Position numbers and translations under genes: made by a program. 64,000 bases of DNA from an uncultured Micropruina sp. (GTDB lineage Bacteria > Actinomycetota > Actinomycetes > Propionibacteriales > Propionibacteriaceae): assembly GCA_964492685.1 (NCBI GenBank), contig CAZBMH010000006.1, forward strand, positions 2,448-66,447, read 5' to 3'. Each line of letters begins with the position of its first letter. Within the stretch, counting starts at the first letter, position 1. This document shows, one piece after another, positions 57,967 to 64,000 of this stretch. The notes beneath the pieces are model-generated. The model saw nothing but the letters and a program-made list of their open reading frames with translations, searched no databases and was not told the DNA's origin.

Positions 57967-58823
57967 CGACCCCTAAGACTGCGCCGCGGCTGCACGGCCC
58001 GCTCGGCACCGCCCTGGTCATCATCCCGACCTACAACGAGGCCGAGAACGTCCGTCCGATCGTGGCCCGGCTCCGCGCGTCGGTCCCGGCCGCTCACATC
58101 CTGATCGTCGACGACAACTCCCCGGACGGCACCGGCCGGATCGCCGACGAGCTGGTGGCCGCGGACGACCACCTCCACGTCCTGCACCGCCGGGGCAAGG
58201 AGGGGTTGAGCGCTGCCTATCTCGCTGGCTTCCGCTGGGGCCTCGATCACGGCTACGGCGTCCTGGTGGAGCACGACGCGGACGGTTCCCATCAGCCGGA
58301 GCAGCTGCCGCGGCTGCTGGCCGCGCTGGAGACCTCCGACATGGTGAAGGGCTCCCGCTGGGTGAAGGGCGGCAGCGTCGTCAACTGGCCGCTGAACCGC
58401 GAGCTGCTCTCCCGCGGTGGGAGCGTCTGGACCCGGCTGATGCTGGGGATCCCGATCAAGGACATCACCGGCGGCCTGAACGCGTTCCGCGCCGAGTGCC
58501 TGGCGTCCATGATCGACGACATCGACGTCGGCGGCTACGGCATCCAGCGCGACCTCACGTGGAACGCCTACCGGCAGGGCTACCGCATCGTCGAGGTTCC
58601 GATCGAGTTCAAGGAGCGCGAGCGCGGCCTGTCGAAGATGGACTCCTCGGTGGTCATCGAGGCGCTCAAGGTCACGACCCTGATGGGCCTGCGGTACCGC
58701 GGCGAACAGCTGCGGCGCGCGCTGCGCCTGGCACCCCGCGCCGCGGCGGCACCGGAGCCGGCGATCGCCGAGCCGGTGACCTCCGGCGCCTCCGGGATTG
58801 AGGACGGCAAGGACGCCCGATGA
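57963..58823 (+). CDS. ppm1: Polyprenol-monophosphomannose synthase
   Basis: IPTYNE, DDNSPDGTG, DADGSH, GSRW; adjacent to lnt. Confidence 0.92.
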   Translation: MTTPKTAPRLHGPLGTALVIIPTYNEAENVRPIVARLRASVPAAHILIVDDNSPDGTGRIADELVAADDHLHVLHRRGKEGLSAAYLAGFRWGLDHGYGVLVEHDADGSHQPEQLPRLLAALETSDMVKGSRWVKGGSVVNWPLNRELLSRGGSVWTRLMLGIPIKDITGGLNAFRAECLASMIDDIDVGGYGIQRDLTWNAYRQGYRIVEVPIEFKERERGLSKMDSSVVIEALKVTTLMGLRYRGEQLRRALRLAPRAAAAPEPAIAEPVTSGASGIEDGKDAR

Positions 58824-59338
58824 ACGCCCGCCGCGGACCGGCCTGGCTGCTGCCCACGCTGCTGCTGCTCTTCATCACGGTCCCGCTGATCGAGGTGTGG
58901 CTGATCGTCAGCGTGGGGCAGCGGATCGGGGCGCTGCCGACCCTCGCGATCCTGCTGGCCGAGGCCCTGCTGGGCAGCTGGCTGATGCGGCGCGAGGGCG
59001 CCAAGGCCTGGCAGGCCCTCAATGAAGCGTTCACCTCGGGCAAGATGCCCACCGGCGAGCTGGCCGACGCGGCCCTCGTCCTGGTGGGCGGCGTGGCGCT
59101 GATGCTCCCCGGTTTCCTGACCGACGTGGTGGGGTTGCTGTTCCTGCTGCCGCTGACCCGTCCGCTTGCCCGCTCGTTCATCGGGTGGATGGTCGCGCGG
59201 TCGGTGGCCAAGCACGGGGTGCAGGTGCGCACGAGCCGATCGGGCTACGCCAGTGGAGATGTCATCGAGGGCGAGGTTGTCGACTCGCCCGCCCCGGACC
59301 CGCGCCCCGAGAACCGCCCAGAGCTCGATCGCTCGTAG
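58820..59338 (+). CDS. fxsA: FxsA family protein
   Basis: P..E, G..LM..EG, LPGFLTD..G, DVIEGEVV. Confidence 0.92.
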   Translation: MNARRGPAWLLPTLLLLFITVPLIEVWLIVSVGQRIGALPTLAILLAEALLGSWLMRREGAKAWQALNEAFTSGKMPTGELADAALVLVGGVALMLPGFLTDVVGLLFLLPLTRPLARSFIGWMVARSVAKHGVQVRTSRSGYASGDVIEGEVVDSPAPDPRPENRPELDRS

Positions 59339-59368
59339 CCCCGGGGCACGGAACTCAGGCCCTGCTCC

Positions 59369-59698
59369 TCAGTTGCCGCGGATCTCGTCCAGGCGCTCGG
59401 CGAGGAGTTCCTCCAACTCGGGGATGGAGCGCCGCTCCCGCAGCATGTCCCAGTGGGTCCGCACCGGCTTGGTGGCCTTGGGTTCGGTGACGGGTCCGTC
59501 CGGGCGAATCCCGACCAGGCCACACTTGGGGCACTCCCACTGGGACGGCACGTCCGCGTCCTCGGCGAACACCACGGTGAAGTGATGCTCGTTGGGGCAG
59601 TCGAAACCCACCTCCTGCCGCGGCGCGAACTCGATCCCGGAACTGTCGGAAAAGCTCTTCGAGCCCAGCCCGGAGCCTCGCAATGAACGACCAGCCAT
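59369..59698 (-). CDS. rbpA: RNA polymerase-binding protein
   Basis: LRGS.LG, C...H..., W.C..CG, RTHWDMLRERRS..ELE.LL.ERL. Confidence 0.97.
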   Translation of the reverse strand: MAGRSLRGSGLGSKSFSDSSGIEFAPRQEVGFDCPNEHHFTVVFAEDADVPSQWECPKCGLVGIRPDGPVTEPKATKPVRTHWDMLRERRSIPELEELLAERLDEIRGN

Positions 59699-59721
59699 CG
59701 TGTCTCCTCTTTGGACCTCTC

Positions 59722-59747
59722 AACGCCCCGACCGGCGTACTTCTTCC
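59722..59747 (-). promoter_or_regulatory. SigR/SigH-type ECF promoter of rbpA
   Basis: GGAAG-N18-GTT on the minus strand; rbpA is an established SigR target in Streptomyces. Confidence 0.65.
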
Positions 59748-59770
59748 ACCGTAGCCGCGAGGCAAAGGGG

Positions 59771-61126
59771 TCAGATGACGCGGGGCACCTCGTTGCCGGC
59801 CTCGATGATGCCGCGGCGGATGTCGACCCGGCTGAGGATCGCGCCCCCGACAAGGAAGAACACCATCAGGGCGACGATCGCGAGCCGGTAGGACTGACCC
59901 AGCTGGAAGACCAAGCCGAACACGAGCGTTCCGAGCCAGCTCGTGCCCCGCTCCATCGCCTGATAGAAGCTGAAGTACTCCGACTCCCGCCCCTTGGGGA
60001 CGAGCTGGCTGTACATCGAACGGGACAGCGCCTGGGTGCCGCCCATCACCAGGCCGACGGCGGCGCCGAAGCCGAGCAGCGCCCCGAACACGCCGGCCGG
60101 GACGACGTAGGCGGCCACCACCACCAACAGCCAGATGCCGATCCCCGCCAGGACGGTGCGCTTGGCGCCCCACCGTCCGGCGGCCCGCCCGAACAGCAGC
60201 GCGCCGAAGAACGCCACGAACTGGGTGAGCAGGAACGTCATCATCACCTGGCTGGTGGCCATGCCCAGCTCGGAGGACGCATACAGGCTCGACTGGCCGA
60301 TGACGGTCTGGATGCCGTCGTTGTAGAACAGGTAGGCCAGCAGGAAGAGCAGCGTCTGCGGGTAGTTCTTCAGGTCCGCGAACGTGCTGGCCAGTTGCGC
60401 GAACGGGTTCTTGGACGGCGCCGTCCGCGGATCCGCGAGGTCTCCCAGCGCGGCCGCGGGCAGCCGCCGGAGGCCCAGCACCGGGATGATCGTGAACAGC
60501 GCCCACCACAGGCCGGCCGACAGCAGGCTGATCCGGATCGCCATGCCGTAGCTGATGCCCACCTGTTCGTAGGCGCTCATCAGCACGAAGTTGGCCGCGA
60601 GCAACAGGCCCCCGCCCAGGTAGCCGAAGGCCCAGCCGGTGCTGGAGACCCGGTCGCGGTCGTCCGGTGGCGCGATGCGACACAGGATGCCGTCGTAGAT
60701 CACCAGCGACGAGCCCATGCAGATGCTGGCGATCACCATCAGCCAGGCCCCGAACTGCCAATTGGTGTCGACCAGGAAGAACATGAGGCTGCCGGCGATC
60801 GACCCCGCCCAGGCGAAGCCGCCGAGCCAGTTCTGCGGCTTGGCCGACCGGTCGGCGATGGCGCCGACGAACAGCAGCAACACCGCCGAGACAATTGTCG
60901 TGATCGTCATCAGGAAGGGATGCAGCGCTCCGGGAAGGACGGGGAAGAGCCCGAGCAGTTGCACCGGCACCTGGCAGACCGCCCCGTCGGCGAGGTCGGG
61001 GCAGGCGGCGTTGTTCGCCAGCGCCGTCAGGTAGGGACCGATCAACACCGTGCTGGTGGTGGTGACGTAGGCCGAGTTGGCCCAGTCGTACCAATACCAG
61101 GACCGCTGCTGGCGCGTGCTCTTCAT
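59771..61126 (-). CDS. MFS transporter (UMF1/ATG22 family)
   Basis: WY.YDWANS, S..GW..GYLGG, YNDGIQT, QALSRS. Confidence 0.92.
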   Translation of the reverse strand: MKSTRQQRSWYWYDWANSAYVTTTSTVLIGPYLTALANNAACPDLADGAVCQVPVQLLGLFPVLPGALHPFLMTITTIVSAVLLLFVGAIADRSAKPQNWLGGFAWAGSIAGSLMFFLVDTNWQFGAWLMVIASICMGSSLVIYDGILCRIAPPDDRDRVSSTGWAFGYLGGGLLLAANFVLMSAYEQVGISYGMAIRISLLSAGLWWALFTIIPVLGLRRLPAAALGDLADPRTAPSKNPFAQLASTFADLKNYPQTLLFLLAYLFYNDGIQTVIGQSSLYASSELGMATSQVMMTFLLTQFVAFFGALLFGRAAGRWGAKRTVLAGIGIWLLVVVAAYVVPAGVFGALLGFGAAVGLVMGGTQALSRSMYSQLVPKGRESEYFSFYQAMERGTSWLGTLVFGLVFQLGQSYRLAIVALMVFFLVGGAILSRVDIRRGIIEAGNEVPRVI

Positions 61127-61908
61127 CAGGTTCCGTCCCATAGCTGCCGCTTGACGAGGACATCCTTCAACACGTCGACCCGGTCGGTCACGATGCCGTC
61201 CACGCCCAGGTCGATCAGGTGCTCCATGTCGGCGGCCTCGTCCACCGTCCAGACGTGGACGACCCGGCCGCCCCGGTGGGCGGCGCGGATCAGCGAGGGG
61301 GTCAGCAGCGCGATCCGCTCCTTCCAGATCCGGCGCGGGATCTGCAGCGCGACACCCGGCGCGTGGCGCAGCCGCCGCACGCCCACCCCGAAGCGGTACC
61401 ACGCCACGCCGCGGGGGTCGGACGAGGTGGCAACCTCCGCGCCGGCCAGCGCCCGGAAGCGCGTGAGCCGCGCGGTCGAGAACGAGCCGACGCAGATTCG
61501 ATCCTCGGCGCCATGGGCTCGGATCGCTGCTACCAGCGGCTCGACCGCCTCGGGGGTCTTGAGGTCGATGTTGAACAGCGCCTCGGGAAAGGACTCGAGC
61601 AGCTCGTCCAGGGTGGGGATGTGGTCACGTTCACCGACCCTCACTCCCCGCAGCTCGGCCAGGGTGTGGGCCGACACGGGCCCTCGCCCGTCGGTGACCC
61701 GGTCCAGGGTGTCGTCGTGAAACGCGACCAGCCGCCCATCGCTCGTCGCCTGGACGTCGGTCTCCAGGTGGCGGTAGCCGAGCTTGACGGCCTCGCCGAA
61801 CGCGTGGACGGTGTTCTCCCGGCCCTCGTTCGGCGGGTAGGCGGCCCCGCCGCGATGGGCCAGGGCCATGAATCGCGTGTCGAAGTAGCGATAGTCGCTG
61901 GCGCGCAC
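61126..61908 (-). CDS. Glycerophosphodiester phosphodiesterase
   Basis: AHRGG, ENT, ETDV, HD..L.R, NIDLK, VWTVD, GVDGIVTD. Confidence 0.93.
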   Translation of the reverse strand: MRASDYRYFDTRFMALAHRGGAAYPPNEGRENTVHAFGEAVKLGYRHLETDVQATSDGRLVAFHDDTLDRVTDGRGPVSAHTLAELRGVRVGERDHIPTLDELLESFPEALFNIDLKTPEAVEPLVAAIRAHGAEDRICVGSFSTARLTRFRALAGAEVATSSDPRGVAWYRFGVGVRRLRHAPGVALQIPRRIWKERIALLTPSLIRAAHRGGRVVHVWTVDEAADMEHLIDLGVDGIVTDRVDVLKDVLVKRQLWDGT

Positions 61909-62035
61909 CGCCTCAGTATGGGGGCCGCTCCCGGGCCTGTCACCCGTGCAGACCGCCTTGTGGGCGACCGATAACCATGGTTGAGGAATGTCCCCGGTTC
62001 GTCCCGCACGCCGTGGGCCTGTTTGAATGTGGCGC

Positions 62036-62890
62036 ATGACGACGGTCCTCTCCATCCAGTCCTCGGTCGCCTACGGGCACGTGGGGAACAGCGCCGCCAC
62101 CTTCCCGCTGATGAGGCTGGGCGTGGAGGTCTGGCCGGTGCTCACGGTGCACTTCTCCAACCACACGGGCTACGGCCAGTGGCGCGGCCCGCTGCTCGCG
62201 GCCGAGGACGTCGCGGACGTGATTCGCGGCATTGACGAGCGCGGCGTCCTGCCCCGGGTGGGCGCGGTGCTGTCCGGCTACCAGGGCGCCGAGGCCGTGG
62301 GCGGTGTCGTCGTGGACGCGGTGGCGCTGGTCAAGAGCCGCAACCCGGACGCCCTGTACTGCTGTGATCCGGTGATGGGGGACGTTGGGCGCGGCATGTA
62401 CGTGCGGCCGGGCGTCCCGGAGTTCATGCGCGAGCGAGTGGTGCCCGAGGCGGACATCGTCACGCCCAATCACTTCGAGCTGGATTTCCTCACCGGCCGG
62501 ACCACCACCACGCTGCCGGAGGTGCTGGCCGCCGCGGATGCGCTGCGCGCCGTCGGACCCTCGGTCGTCGTGGTCACCAGCGTCGTCCTGACGGACTCCG
62601 ACCCGGCCTCCCTCACCATGCTGGCGGTGACCGAGGCCGGCGCCTGGCAGGTGACCACGCCGCGCCTGGAGCGCAACTTCACCGGCTCGGGCGACCTGAC
62701 CGCCGCCGTCTTCCTGGCCCACTTCCTGCGGACCCGCGACGCCGGCGAGGCGCTGGGGCATACGGCGGACGCGGTCTACTCCGTGCTGCGCGCCACCACG
62801 GACGCCAGCGCCTCGGAGCTGCAGCTGGTCGCCGCCCAGGACGAGATCGTCCGGCCCACCCATCACTTCCCGGTCGTCCGGGTGCGCTGA
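62036..62890 (+). CDS. pdxY: Pyridoxal kinase
   Basis: [39 protein letters not shown]. Confidence 0.95.
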   Translation: MTTVLSIQSSVAYGHVGNSAATFPLMRLGVEVWPVLTVHFSNHTGYGQWRGPLLAAEDVADVIRGIDERGVLPRVGAVLSGYQGAEAVGGVVVDAVALVKSRNPDALYCCDPVMGDVGRGMYVRPGVPEFMRERVVPEADIVTPNHFELDFLTGRTTTTLPEVLAAADALRAVGPSVVVVTSVVLTDSDPASLTMLAVTEAGAWQVTTPRLERNFTGSGDLTAAVFLAHFLRTRDAGEALGHTADAVYSVLRATTDASASELQLVAAQDEIVRPTHHFPVVRVR

Positions 62891-62902
62891 GCGGGCCCGC
62901 GA

Positions 62903-64000
62903 TCAGTCGGTGAAGACCTCGATGCGCGCGCCGAGCGCGTTCAGCCGGTTGGGCAGGTCCTCGTAACCCCGGTTGATCACGTACACGTCGCGCAGCACGC
63001 TCGTCCCGCGCGCGGCCAGGGCGGCGAGCAGGATGCACACGGCCGGGCGGAGCGCCGGGGGAGAGACGATCTCCTGGGCCCGCCAGCGGGTCGGCCCGGT
63101 GACCAGGATCCGGTGCGGGTCGAGGAGCTGCACATTGGCGCCCAGCTTGTTCAGCTCCACCAGGTGAATGGCGCGGTTCTCGTAGACCCAGTCGTGGATC
63201 ATCGTCCGGCCCTCGGCGACGGCGGCGATCACCGCGAAGAACGGCAGGTTGTCGATGTTGAGCCCCGGGAACGGCATCGGGTGGATCTTGTCGGCCGCGG
63301 CCCGCAGCTGGGACGGATAGACGGTGATGTCGACCAGGCGGGTGTTGTCGTTGAGCGCCGGGTACTCCTCGGTGAGGTCGAACCGCAGCCCCATCTCGGC
63401 GAGGATGGCCAGCTCGATCTCCAGGAACTCGATCGGGCAGCGCTCGATGGTGAGCTCCGACCCGGTCACGATCGCGGCCGTCAGCAGGCTCATGGCCTCG
63501 ATGGGGTCCTCCGAGGGGGCGAACGACACGTCCTTCTCGATGTGCGGCACCCCGGTGACGTGCAGCGTGGTGCTGCCGATGCCCTCGATCTTGACGCCCA
63601 GCTCCTGAAGGAAGAAGCACAGGTCCTGCACCATGTAGTTGCTGCTGGCGTTGCGGATGACGGTCTCGCCCGGGTGCCGGGCGGCGGCCATCAGCACGTT
63701 CTCGGTGACGGTGTCGCCGCGCTCGGTGAGCGTGATCGAGCGCCGGCCAGCCTGGATGGCGCGCACCGTGGCGTGGTACTCGCCCTCGGTGGCCTTGATG
63801 CCGAGGCCGAAGTGGTGCAGGGCCTGCAGGTGGGGGGTGACGGTCCGGGTGCCGAGGTTGCAGCCTCCCGCGTAGGGGAGCTCGAACACGGTCTCGTCGT
63901 GCAGCAGCGGGCCGAGGAACATGATCACCGAGCGGGTGCGACGGGCCGCGGCCACGTCCATGGCCTCCAGGTCGAGGTGATCGGGACGGATGAGTTCCAG
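62903..64000 (-). CDS. murA: UDP-N-acetylglucosamine 1-carboxyvinyltransferase (5' part outside window)
   Basis: RTRS, GGCNLG.R, TENVLMAA, D.IEA, PFPG..ID, YENR, RGYE. Confidence 0.9.
   Translation of the reverse strand: MELIRPDHLDLEAMDVAAARRTRSVIMFLGPLLHDETVFELPYAGGCNLGTRTVTPHLQALHHFGLGIKATEGEYHATVRAIQAGRRSITLTERGDTVTENVLMAAARHPGETVIRNASSNYMVQDLCFFLQELGVKIEGIGSTTLHVTGVPHIEKDVSFAPSEDPIEAMSLLTAAIVTGSELTIERCPIEFLEIELAILAEMGLRFDLTEEYPALNDNTRLVDITVYPSQLRAAADKIHPMPFPGLNIDNLPFFAVIAAVAEGRTMIHDWVYENRAIHLVELNKLGANVQLLDPHRILVTGPTRWRAQEIVSPPALRPAVCILLAALAARGTSVLRDVYVINRGYEDLPNRLNALGARIEVFTD

Overview
High-GC actinobacterial chromosome segment; the gene content suggests Propionibacteriaceae, which is an inference. 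(1) 1-15884 is the right part of an integrative element inserted at a tRNA-Pro gene, with an L5/pSAM2-like tyrosine integrase next to a duplicated tRNA 3' end. Its cargo is defensive: a type I restriction-modification system with two different methyltransferase subunits (NPPF and NPPY), and a DUF4011-helicase-Vsr-DUF3320 (Hhe-type) protein that is in frame with an N-terminal HIRAN plus HTH module. (2) About 16-49.6 kb is an accessory mosaic: TetR-glycosyltransferase, RlaP-type nucleotidyltransferase, VapBC, a low-GC two-gene islet (UbiA-family prenyltransferase plus a stand-alone membrane protein), fdhD/ydeP, an 11-gene GntR-linked sugar-acid cluster (otnI/K/C core plus lactonase, uronate dehydrogenase-like SDR and an atypical nucleoside hydrolase), a membrane-fused NirK cluster, a subtilase remnant and a CopRS-like copper module. 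(3) About 49.6-64 kb is core genome: yqeY, thpR, metYXW, 5'-3' exonuclease, lrp, lnt-ppm1-fxsA, rbpA, MFS, GDPD, pdxY and partial murA. No CRISPR array, rRNA or intact tRNA was seen. All calls come from motif recognition by eye; no searches were run.
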